Of a stretch of 32,000 bases of DNA, positions 24,352-32,000 are shown one piece after another. The notes beneath the pieces were generated by a model that did not search any database, was not told where the DNA came from, and worked only from the letters and a program-made list of their open reading frames with translations. The number at the start of each line of letters is the position of its first letter. The stretch's first letter is position 1. Position numbers and translations under genes: made by a program. Origin of the DNA: Mucisphaera calidilacus (lineage in GTDB: Bacteria > Planctomycetota > Phycisphaerae > Phycisphaerales > Phycisphaeraceae); NCBI RefSeq assembly GCF_007748075.1, contig NZ_CP036280.1:3150001-3182000 (forward strand), written 5' to 3'.

Positions 24352-25014
24352 GTGTTGGTGACTGAGGTTCGCGAGATTGAGATGCCTTTGTTGTGTCGGA
24401 CGCCTGCGTCGTGGGCGGCGGGTGTGCTGTGTGATCCGGTGAAACTGTTAAATGACCATGCGCACCTGGAGAAAAAAGCGGGATTGAACGCGTTGGAGAT
24501 GCTGAATCAGTGGCCCGAGCCGGTTCCGCCTGGGGCGTGGGTTCAGTCGATGACGGCGGTGGCGCGTGAGGAGATCGAGCATCTGCAGACGGTGCTGCGT
24601 CTGCTTCATGCCCGGGGCGGGGTGTTCAGCAAGGGTCATCGGAACCCTTATGCGCAGTCGTTGCGGGGTCAGATACGGAGCAATGCGCAGGGTCGGCTGG
24701 AATCGCTGATGGACCGGTTGATGGTGTCGGCGTTGATCGAGTTGCGGAGTTGCGAGCGTTTCGCGGTGCTTGGGGAGATGTCGGAGGACGCGGAGCTGGC
24801 GGGGTTGTACCGGGATCTGTGGGCGAGCGAGCACGGTCACTATCGGACGTTTTTGAACCTGGCTCGGCGTCTGCCTGCGGGCAGGGCGCAGCGGAAGGGT
24901 GATATGGCGGCGATGGTGGAGGAGCGTTGGGCGGCGATGCTGGCGGCGGAGTCGGCGATTCTGGCGGAGCAGCCGTTTTATGTGGGGATGCATAGCGGGG
25001 TGTGTGATGGTTGA
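24352..25014 (+). CDS. miaE: tRNA-(ms2io6A37)-hydroxylase MiaE (di-iron)
   Basis: LLNDHAHLEKKAGLNALE, REEIEHLQ and ASEHGHY fit the MiaE ferritin-like di-iron ExxH pattern. The GTG start at 24352 is preceded by GAGGA (24342-24346). Confidence 0.8.
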   Translation: MLVTEVREIEMPLLCRTPASWAAGVLCDPVKLLNDHAHLEKKAGLNALEMLNQWPEPVPPGAWVQSMTAVAREEIEHLQTVLRLLHARGGVFSKGHRNPYAQSLRGQIRSNAQGRLESLMDRLMVSALIELRSCERFAVLGEMSEDAELAGLYRDLWASEHGHYRTFLNLARRLPAGRAQRKGDMAAMVEERWAAMLAAESAILAEQPFYVGMHSGVCDG

Positions 25015-25444
25015 TCGGGTGCCTAGCGATCTGATGGTGAAGGTGGCGCAGGACGCGTGGTGGGATCAGAACAAGCACTGGTTCCGTTGGGTGCTGGTGG
25101 GGGTGCCGTTGCTGATGACGGTGTTGGGTCTGACGATCGGCGTGGTGTGGATGGTGTTGTCGTTGTGGGGGAGCGAGGTGACGGCGTTGTCGCTTGAGCG
25201 TGTGCGGGGGTCTTCGGAGGTGGTGTCGTTGCTGGGCGAGCCGATCGAGGCGGGTTGGCTGATTCAGGGGTCGGTGGACGAGGGTGCGGGCGTGGCGGAG
25301 CTTCGGTATGTGGTGGTCGGTCCGAAGGGTGATGGCGGGGTGCGGGTGCGTGCGGAGCTGGTGGAGGGCGTGTGGGTGGTGACGCGTCTGGACGTGGGTG
25401 CGGGCGAGGCGGTGGTGGTGTTGGAGGGTGGCGAGGGTGAGTGA
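25007..25444 (+). CDS. Single-pass membrane protein, cytochrome oxidase assembly protein 1 (Coa1)-like
   Basis: The ATG at 25007 overlaps the miaE stop by 8 nt. TM segment FRWVLVGVPLLMTVLGLTIGVVWMVL, then SSEVVSLLGEPIEAGW...VVGPKGDGGVRVRAELVEGVWVVTRLDV, which resembles the Coa1 pattern. The track ORF start at 24899 is a shadow extension. Confidence 0.55.
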   Translation: MVDRVPSDLMVKVAQDAWWDQNKHWFRWVLVGVPLLMTVLGLTIGVVWMVLSLWGSEVTALSLERVRGSSEVVSLLGEPIEAGWLIQGSVDEGAGVAELRYVVVGPKGDGGVRVRAELVEGVWVVTRLDVGAGEAVVVLEGGEGE

Positions 25445-25459
25445 GGGTGGCGGGTGTTG

Positions 25460-26395
25460 TCAGACGATGCGTCGGAGGTAGGGGATGCGTTGTGCGGCGG
25501 AGATGGCGATCGAGGTGAGGAAGATGGTGAGTGCGAGGATGGCCCACTGGTTGGTGAGTTGGCCCCGGGAGCATGAGAGGATGGCGAGGTAGACGAAGTA
25601 GTGCGCGAGGTAGGTGCCGAAGGTGAGGCTGGCGAGATAGCGGAGTGTGGGGCTTGGCGGGAGTTTGATCTCGAGCGCGGCGTAGACGGCGGCGATGGCG
25701 ATGACGTAGGCGAGCGCGTCGTGGGCGTTGCCTGCGTAGAGGACGAAGAGGGTGCTTGCGATGGCGAAGAAGACGATGGTGGCGCGGTATCGCCGGGTCT
25801 GTCGGTCGTTGGCGTGGTAGGTCATGCCGAGTGCGGCGCCGAAGAAGAGTCCGGGCAGGCCGAAGAGCCATTGCGGCCAGGGTGCGGGCAGGTGGTGGAG
25901 GCCGAGGGCGTTTTTGAGCGCGAGGAGTGTGGCGGCTGTGCCGCCGAGGGCGAGGAGCAGCAGGGTGGTGGAGCGTCTTCGCCAGCCCTGTGTTTGTGTC
26001 TGGATGAGGGCGAGGATGAGTGTGGCGATGAAGGCGAAGACGAGGTACCAGAGGTGGATGCTGTAGCCGACGAAGAGGTCGGACCAGACGATATCGAGTG
26101 TGATGGGCTGGTGGCGGTGTAGCCAGTAGTAGACGGCCGCGTAGATGAGGCTCCATGCGGCCCAGGGGACGAGGAGTCGTTGTGCACGTCGTGCGGTGAT
26201 GGCGGCGAAGTTGTTGGCTCGGGGCGATGAGCTCTGGAGTGAGAAGGACATGATGATGAAGGCGGGCAGTCCGCTGTAGCCGAGTGTTGAGAGGGCATCG
26301 GGTCCGAAGTGGAAGGTGACGATGCCGATGACGGCGAGGACGCGGATCAGGTCGAAGCCGTCGATGTGCGTTCGCTGGCTTACGGGGGTGTTCAT
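25460..26395 (-). CDS. Acyltransferase family 3 (membrane O-acyltransferase)
   Basis: N-terminus HIDGFDLIRVLAVIGIVTFHF is typical of acyltransferase_3. About 10 TM segments. Confidence 0.8.
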   Translation of the reverse strand: MNTPVSQRTHIDGFDLIRVLAVIGIVTFHFGPDALSTLGYSGLPAFIIMSFSLQSSSPRANNFAAITARRAQRLLVPWAAWSLIYAAVYYWLHRHQPITLDIVWSDLFVGYSIHLWYLVFAFIATLILALIQTQTQGWRRRSTTLLLLALGGTAATLLALKNALGLHHLPAPWPQWLFGLPGLFFGAALGMTYHANDRQTRRYRATIVFFAIASTLFVLYAGNAHDALAYVIAIAAVYAALEIKLPPSPTLRYLASLTFGTYLAHYFVYLAILSCSRGQLTNQWAILALTIFLTSIAISAAQRIPYLRRIV

Positions 26396-26499
26396 GTCGC
26401 TTATCGCAGGGGGTTCGGCGTGAGCTTGGGTATTGATGTATCGGCGATCCCCCCAGACTTAGGGATATGTGTGTTATCGCACCTTGTGGCGGCGTGCGT

Positions 26500-28329
26500 T
26501 CAGGATTCGTCGTCGTCGTGGGGAGCGGGTTCGTGGGTGGTTGAGGCGGGCTGTTCGTGTTGCGGCGGTTGTTGGGGTTTGTCGGCGTTGGCGGGTTGTC
26601 GGCCGTGGTTGAGTTGGACCTGGATGATGCCCGGGACGTGCAGGTCGCGTTGGGGGAAGGGGATGTTGATGCCGGCGTCGTCGAGTTGTTGTTTGACCTG
26701 TTGGGTGAGGTCCCAGTAGACGTCCCAGTAGTCGGTGGTGTGGACCCAGGGACGTGCGATGAGGTTGACGGAGCTGTCGGCGAGTTCGTGGACGCGGACC
26801 ATGGGTTCGGGGTCGCGTAGGACCTTGTCGTGTTGTTTGAGGGTCTGTTCGATGACGCTGATGGCCTTGCTGGTGTCCTCGGCGTAACCGATGGCGAAGG
26901 TGAGGTCGACGCGTCGTGTGTCGCGTCCGGTGACGTTGGTGATGACGTTGTTCCAGATTTCGTTGTTGGGGACGATGTTGACCTGGTTGTCGAAGGTGAT
27001 GATGGTGGTCGAGACGAGGTTCATGGACTCGACCTTGCCGAAGATGCCTGCGGCGTCGATGACGTCGCCGGTGTCGTAGGGTCGGTAGATGAGGATGAGG
27101 ACGCCGCTGGCGAAGTTGCTGAGGGTTCCCTGGAGCGCGAGTCCGATGACGAGACCTGCGGCGCCGATGGCGGCGAGGAGTGGTGTGATGCTGAAGCCGA
27201 TGGCGTTGACGGCGACGACGAGTCCGACGATGAAGGTGCATCGGCGGATGCCGCCGACGAGGAAGGCCTGTAGGAGTGCAGAGGCTTTGTTGGTTCGGTT
27301 GGTGATGATCCGTGTGATGGCGGCGAGTGCGATGCCCAGGCCCCAGAAGAACGTGAGGATGAGGAGGAAGAGCCCGGCTTGCTGGAGGATGCGGATGCCG
27401 CCGTCGTCGCTGACGGCCCATGCCTTGGCCTGCGCCCAGGCGACGTCGATGTTGGTGAGGTTGATGGATCGTCCGGTGGCGGTGGTGATGTACTGTCGGT
27501 AGGGCTGGGGGTCTCCGCCACGTTCCTGGAAGTCCATGAGGACGCTGCGGAGTCGGTCGACGACCATCTGGATGACGGCCTGCTGGGCGGATGATCGCTG
27601 TGCGAGTTCTTCGCGGAGGTCATCGTCATCGTTGTAGAGCATGGCGATGTCGATGCGGACGCGTTTTCGGACTTCCTGCTGCAAGATTTCGATCCAGAGG
27701 TCGAGGCGTTGCTGGATCTGGTCGCGTTGGAGCGGGTGGAGTTCGAGTTCGAGTTCATCGGTGGAGACGGTCCAGGGTTCTTTACGGCTGTGGATGGGGG
27801 GGGTTTCGCGGACTTCGGCGATGGCTCGGCTGGCGCGTTGCTCGGTGCGTTGGGCCTGCGGCTGGTCGTCGGCGGGGTCGTCGTGTCGTTGGGGTGCGAG
27901 TTGCAGGATGGCGGTGATGTAGGCCTGCTGCTGGTCGATGTCGCCACCCTTGGATCGGTAGGCCTCGAGGATGGTGGTGGTGTGGCTGACCTCGTCGGTG
28001 CGTTGCTGGATGAGTTGTTCGACGCGTTGGTCGATCTGGCTGCGTTGTTGTTCGTTGGCGTCGTGGTTTTCGTGGGTTTGTTTTTGTTGGACGAGCGCGT
28101 CGGCGAGTTGGCGTGCGATCGTCCCGAGCCGGTCCATGGCGGCCTGGACGATGGGTTCGAGTTCGTTCTGAGTCAGGGGCGCGAGGAGGATGGTGAGTTC
28201 GGCGACGGGTGTTTCGATGATCCGTCGGCTGAGGTCCTGATCGTCGTTGTTCGCGGGGAGTGTGGCTGCTGTGCCGAGGAGGATCAGCAGGGCGAGGCTG
28301 GTTGCGCGTGGTGCTCGGTTCATCGTCAT
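26500..28329 (-). CDS. Mechanosensitive ion channel, MscS family with long N-terminal periplasmic coiled-coil domain (MscK-like architecture)
   Basis: Signal peptide, then a ~300-aa Q/E/D-rich helical domain and TM helices. Canonical LLAAIGAAGLVIGLALQGTLSNFASGVLILIYRPYDTGDVID...VPNNEIWNNVITN. Confidence 0.88.
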   Translation of the reverse strand: MTMNRAPRATSLALLILLGTAATLPANNDDQDLSRRIIETPVAELTILLAPLTQNELEPIVQAAMDRLGTIARQLADALVQQKQTHENHDANEQQRSQIDQRVEQLIQQRTDEVSHTTTILEAYRSKGGDIDQQQAYITAILQLAPQRHDDPADDQPQAQRTEQRASRAIAEVRETPPIHSRKEPWTVSTDELELELHPLQRDQIQQRLDLWIEILQQEVRKRVRIDIAMLYNDDDDLREELAQRSSAQQAVIQMVVDRLRSVLMDFQERGGDPQPYRQYITTATGRSINLTNIDVAWAQAKAWAVSDDGGIRILQQAGLFLLILTFFWGLGIALAAITRIITNRTNKASALLQAFLVGGIRRCTFIVGLVVAVNAIGFSITPLLAAIGAAGLVIGLALQGTLSNFASGVLILIYRPYDTGDVIDAAGIFGKVESMNLVSTTIITFDNQVNIVPNNEIWNNVITNVTGRDTRRVDLTFAIGYAEDTSKAISVIEQTLKQHDKVLRDPEPMVRVHELADSSVNLIARPWVHTTDYWDVYWDLTQQVKQQLDDAGINIPFPQRDLHVPGIIQVQLNHGRQPANADKPQQPPQHEQPASTTHEPAPHDDDES

Positions 28330-28354
28330 CTCCGTCGCGTAGCCGGCTGTCGTG

Positions 28355-29569
28355 TCAGCGGAGTTTGATGGTAGCGAGGGCGATGGCGACGAGGAGTGCG
28401 GTGATGAGCCAGAAGCGGATGACGGTCTGTTGTTCGGTCCATCCGCCGAGGTGGAAGTGGTGGTGGATGGGTGCGCATCGGAAGATGCGTTTGCCCTTGG
28501 TGAGTTTGAAGTAGCCGACCTGTAGGATGACGGAGAGGGCTTCGAGGACGTAGATGCCGCCGATGAGCAGGAGGAGGAATTCCTGTCGGATGACGACGGC
28601 GATGAACCCGATGAGTCCGCCTAGGGGCAGTGAACCGGAGTCGCCCATGAAGACGCGTGCGGGGTGGCAGTTGAACCAGAGGAAGCCGAGGCAGGCGCCG
28701 GCCATGGATCCGGCAAGGATGGCGAGTTCGTCGGAGAGGGGTATGTAGGGGACGAGGAGGTACTTGGCGAGGACGAATTCGTTGAGGGTGAATCCGGCAA
28801 TGAGGCAGAGGACGAGGAAGGCGAAGGCAACGATGACCATGATGCCTGAGGCGAGTCCGTCCATGCCGTCGGTGAGGTTAACGGCGTTGGACATGCCGAC
28901 GATGACGATGACGGCGACGAAGACGAAGGCGACGGGGCCGAGGACGATGAGGTATTCGGAGGGGACGAAGGCTTCGCCTGTCCAGACCCAGGTTTTGAAA
29001 AAGGGGAGTGTGAGAGAGTGTGCCATGGTGGCGGCGTAGTCGTAGTCGGTGAGGCCGCCGAACTTATTTTCGCCGTGGTGGTGGATAAAGATGCCGAGGA
29101 GGACGGCGAGTCCGACCTGGAGGATGAGTTTTTCCCAGGAGTGGAGTCCGTCGCGGGTGCCGGGTTTTCGTCGTGCGGAGGTGAGTTTCCACCAGTCGTC
29201 CCAGAGGCCGACGCCGAAGAGCCAGACGAGGCAGATGAGTCCCATCTGGACGTAGAAGGATGAGAGGTCGGCGAGGAGGAGTGTGGAGGCGAGGATGGCG
29301 GCGGAGATAAGGATGCCGCCCATGGTGGGGGTGTTGCCCTTGCGTGCCATGAGTTCGTTGAGGCTATTGTTGTGGAACTCGGGGTTGTCCTGGATTTTTT
29401 GTTTGAGGAGCCACCGGATGGTTCGTTCGCCGAAGGTCAGGACGATGGTAAAGGCGAGGATGACGGCGAGGAGTGCGCGGAATTCGACGTAGCGGAAGAC
29501 GGCCAGGGGCCCGAGGAGGGCGGACTGGTCGATCCATGTGCCGAGTGCTTCGATGAGGTGGTAGATCAT
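28355..29569 (-). CDS. mraY: Phospho-N-acetylmuramoyl-pentapeptide transferase
   Basis: GNTPTMGGILI, NAVNLTDGMDGLA, VFMGDSGSLPLGG and RCAPIHHHFHLGGW are canonical MraY motifs. Confidence 0.95.
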   Translation of the reverse strand: MIYHLIEALGTWIDQSALLGPLAVFRYVEFRALLAVILAFTIVLTFGERTIRWLLKQKIQDNPEFHNNSLNELMARKGNTPTMGGILISAAILASTLLLADLSSFYVQMGLICLVWLFGVGLWDDWWKLTSARRKPGTRDGLHSWEKLILQVGLAVLLGIFIHHHGENKFGGLTDYDYAATMAHSLTLPFFKTWVWTGEAFVPSEYLIVLGPVAFVFVAVIVIVGMSNAVNLTDGMDGLASGIMVIVAFAFLVLCLIAGFTLNEFVLAKYLLVPYIPLSDELAILAGSMAGACLGFLWFNCHPARVFMGDSGSLPLGGLIGFIAVVIRQEFLLLLIGGIYVLEALSVILQVGYFKLTKGKRIFRCAPIHHHFHLGGWTEQQTVIRFWLITALLVAIALATIKLR

Positions 29570-29577
29570 CGTGTTGG

Positions 29578-30984
29578 TCAGTTTACGAAGCGTGCTTCGA
29601 TGGCGTGTCGGAGTCGGAGGAAGTTGAGGCCGAGGGAGGCCTTGATGAGCGTGGTGCCGTGTTGGGGGAGTGTGTCGGCGATGGCGTTGAGGGTGTGGTC
29701 GGTGTCGCGGGGGTGGGTGTGGAGGGTTGGTGGCGTTTCGAGGTTAGCGGCGGCGTGGGTGTAATGGGGTCCGACGAGGTGCGCGGCGCGGTAGCGGCGG
29801 GTGTTGTCGATGAGGTGCTGGAGGATGTCGTTGTGTGCGGTTTGGGTGTGGTCGCCGAGCTCGCGCATGTCGCCAAGGACGATGGTTTTGTGGTCGGGGG
29901 GTGTGTCGAGCTGGAGGAGGGTGTCGATAGCGAGGCGTGTGGATTCGGGGTTGGCGTTGTAGGCGTCGTCGATGAGCAGGTGGTTGTGGAGCTGGATGCG
30001 TTCGAGACGTCGCGTGACGGTGGGGAGGTGGGCGAGTGAGGCGGCGGCGGCGTTGAGGGGGACGTTGAGCTGGTGGGCGACGGCGAGGGCGGCGAGGGTG
30101 TTGAAGGCGTTGTGTCTGCCGAGCATGGGGAGGGTGATGTCGACGGTCTGGCCGTGGACGGATGCGGTGAGGGTGGTGCCTTGCGCGGACTGTTTGAGGG
30201 TGTCGGGGGTGATGTGGACGGGGGCGGCGGTGTCGTTGTCGTCGTAGAGGATGGGTGTGTGTTGAGCGGCGGTGTCGGGCGTGTGCTGCAGGACGAGGGA
30301 CCATGCCTGGGCGGAGGCGATGAGGGTCGCGGGGGGGTGCAGGTGTCGGAGGGCTGAGGTTTCTTCGCGGGTCACGCCTGCGAGGTCGTGGAAGAACTCG
30401 AGGTGTTCGGCGCCGAGGGTGGTGAGGACGATGTGGGTGGGTCGGGCGAGTTGTGCGAGGGGTTCGAGTTCGCCCGGGTGGTTGGTGCCGAGTTCGGCGA
30501 GGAGGAAGTCGTGGCGGGGCTGTGCGTGGAGGAGGGTGAGGGGTACGCCCAGGTGGTTGTTGAAGGACTTGGGTGATTGGGAGCCGTTGAGGGTGGGTGT
30601 GAGTGCGGTGTGGATGAGTTGGCGGGTGGTGGTTTTGCCGTTGGAGCCGATGACGGCGATGACGGGTTGGCGGAGGGAAGTGCGGTGTTGTGCGGCGGCG
30701 TGGTGGAGGGCCGCGAGGGTGTCGGGGACGCGGAGGGTTGGGCCGGGGGCGGGTGCTGGTCGGGCGACGAGTGCGGCGGCGGCGCCGGCGGCGAAGGCTG
30801 CGTCGAGGTAGTCGTGGCCGTCGGCGTTGGGTGTGGTGAGTGCGATGAAGACGTTGCCGGGCTGGAGGGTTCGGGTGTCGAAGGAGAAGCCTGAGATGGG
30901 CAGGTCGGGGTTGGGGGGCGGGTCGGACCATGTTCCCCGGGTGGCGGCGGCGAGGTCTTTGAGGGTGGTAACGGGTGTGGTCAT
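29578..30984 (-). CDS. murF: UDP-N-acetylmuramoyl-tripeptide--D-alanyl-D-alanine ligase
   Basis: FDTRTLQPGNVFIAL...DGHDY, the P-loop VIAVIGSNGKTTT and DDAYNANPES. The ATG at 30984 overlaps the murE stop (ATGA). Confidence 0.92.
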   Translation of the reverse strand: MTTPVTTLKDLAAATRGTWSDPPPNPDLPISGFSFDTRTLQPGNVFIALTTPNADGHDYLDAAFAAGAAAALVARPAPAPGPTLRVPDTLAALHHAAAQHRTSLRQPVIAVIGSNGKTTTRQLIHTALTPTLNGSQSPKSFNNHLGVPLTLLHAQPRHDFLLAELGTNHPGELEPLAQLARPTHIVLTTLGAEHLEFFHDLAGVTREETSALRHLHPPATLIASAQAWSLVLQHTPDTAAQHTPILYDDNDTAAPVHITPDTLKQSAQGTTLTASVHGQTVDITLPMLGRHNAFNTLAALAVAHQLNVPLNAAAASLAHLPTVTRRLERIQLHNHLLIDDAYNANPESTRLAIDTLLQLDTPPDHKTIVLGDMRELGDHTQTAHNDILQHLIDNTRRYRAAHLVGPHYTHAAANLETPPTLHTHPRDTDHTLNAIADTLPQHGTTLIKASLGLNFLRLRHAIEARFVN

Positions 30985-32000
30985 GGTTTAGCCCTGTCGG
31001 CGAGGGCGTTTGAGGCGTGTTCGCGGTCGTCGAAGGGGTGCCGGCTGCCTTGGATTTCCTGGTAGGTCTCGTGGCCTTTTCCGGCGATGAGGATGGTGTC
31101 GTCGGGATGAGCGGTGGTGATGATGTGGTGGATAGCGGCGGCGCGGTCGGGTTCGGTGGTGATGCGGTTTCGGGTCTCGGCGGGGATGTCGGTGAGGGCG
31201 TCGTTGATGATGGCGAGGGGGTCTTCGGAGCGAGGGTTGTCGGATGTGAGGGTGATGTGGTCGGCGTAGCGAGCGGCGGCGAGGGTCATGAGGGGGCGTT
31301 TGGCGCGGTCGCGGTCGCCTCCACAGCCGAAGAGGGTGAGGAGTCGTCGCGGAGCGAGGGCCTTGAGGGTTTGCGAGGCGTGTTCGAGGGAGTCGGGTGT
31401 GTGGGCGTAGTCGACGAAGACCTTCGGAATCGCCCCCGGATACGCCCCCGGATCTGCCCCCGGATTTCCTCCGGGCGTATGTGTGGAGGTGGGTCTGTGT
31501 TGGGTGGCTGATGGGGGGAGGACGCGTTCGAGTCGGCCGGGGACGGGTGGGAGGTTGTGGAGGGCTTGTTGGAGGTTGTCGGGCAGGTGGTTGAGTGCGG
31601 CGGCGGCGGTGAGTGCCTGGAGGAGGTTGGCGACGTTGTGGTCGCCAAGGATGGGGAGGTTGGTGGTGATGGATCCCCAGGGTCCGGTGAGGGTGGCGGT
31701 GGTGTGGTTGAGGGTTCGCTGGTGGATGGTGGCGGAGGTGTTGGCGTCGGGTGTGTCGGCGGTGGTGGTTCGGTGGATGGTGGCGTGGGTGTTGGCGGCC
31801 ATGCGTTGGGCGTGGGGGTCGTCGGCGTTGAGGATTGCGTGGGCGTGTGGGGTGAGGTTGTCGAAGAGTCGTGCCTTGGCCTGGGCGTAGGCGGTCATGG
31901 TTTTGTGGTAGTCGAGGTGGTCCTGGGTGAGGTTGGTGAAGATGGCGGCGGCGGGGTGGAGGTGGTCGGTTCGTTGCTGGTGGAGGGCGTGTGAGGAGGC
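30981..32000 (-). CDS. murE: UDP-N-acetylmuramoyl-L-alanyl-D-glutamate--2,6-diaminopimelate ligase (5' end outside the window)
   Basis: The same frame stays open upstream of the track start (31898) and reads FTNLTQDHLDYHKTM. Downstream motifs are VDYAHTPDSLE, LFGCGGDRDRAKRP, DNPRSEDP and IAGKGHETYQ. The gene is therefore partial. Confidence 0.92.
   Translation of the reverse strand, partial: ASSHALHQQRTDHLHPAAAIFTNLTQDHLDYHKTMTAYAQAKARLFDNLTPHAHAILNADDPHAQRMAANTHATIHRTTTADTPDANTSATIHQRTLNHTTATLTGPWGSITTNLPILGDHNVANLLQALTAAAALNHLPDNLQQALHNLPPVPGRLERVLPPSATQHRPTSTHTPGGNPGADPGAYPGAIPKVFVDYAHTPDSLEHASQTLKALAPRRLLTLFGCGGDRDRAKRPLMTLAAARYADHITLTSDNPRSEDPLAIINDALTDIPAETRNRITTEPDRAAAIHHIITTAHPDDTILIAGKGHETYQEIQGSRHPFDDREHASNALADRAKP
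31431..31466 (-). repeat. 12-nt in-frame tandem repeat x3 (cgcccccggata / cgcccccggatc / tgcccccggatt) within a low-complexity insertion in murE
   Basis: Read directly. Degenerate copies flank it (31421-31430, 31467-31478). It encodes GGNPGADPGAYPGAIP, between the GRLERV motif and VDYAHTP. Confidence 0.85.

Noticed and set aside
31898-31898. ATG at 31898 as the murE start (305-aa track ORF).
   Set aside because: The frame stays open upstream to the window edge and encodes the conserved FTNLTQDHLDYH motif, so the Met is internal and the gene is truncated by the window.

Overview
High-GC bacterial chromosomal window (about two-thirds G+C by eye) with roughly 28 real protein genes, 9 on + and 19 on -. 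I found no rRNA, tRNA or CRISPR. All family calls come from motif recognition in the supplied translations; no searches were run. Left to right: an ABC-2-like permease and a large hypothetical protein (42-4066); a dockerin-like/PEP-CTERM secreted protein (4070-4984); a Zn-ribbon membrane protein plus a rhomboid-TPR protease (5301-7160); a hexose-6-P mutarotase-like protein, a DAACS symporter and an MqnA/MqnD-fold protein (7233-10683). Next is a compact phage-derived module (10718-16935). A divergent XRE-HTH/S24 (cI/LexA-type) repressor faces a tightly coupled operon encoding a tandem sigma-region-4 HTH protein, an ABC-type ATPase, a GNAT, a ParB/Srx-like protein, a small helical protein, an intact large terminase (TerL) and a membrane-anchored excisionase-type HTH protein. 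The module has no integrase, replication, capsid, portal, tail or lysis genes and is flanked directly by housekeeping genes. After it come TauE/TSUP, a 4-OT tautomerase, a frameshifted pentapeptide-repeat dockerin/PEP-CTERM protein, a phosphodiester-glycosidase PEP-CTERM protein, a glycogen-debranching-type enzyme, MiaE, a Coa1-like protein, an acyltransferase-3, an MscS-family channel and mraY-murF-murE (murE runs off the window). The repressor-controlled packaging-derived operon is the most likely candidate for an undescribed system. The whole window also shows a very strong strand compositional asymmetry: the + strand is G/T-rich whatever the gene orientation. This gives strand-specific codon usage and many long stop-free shadow ORFs, which I rejected. 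PEP-CTERM plus dockerin-like cassettes suggest a Planctomycetota/Verrucomicrobiota-like host; that is inference only.
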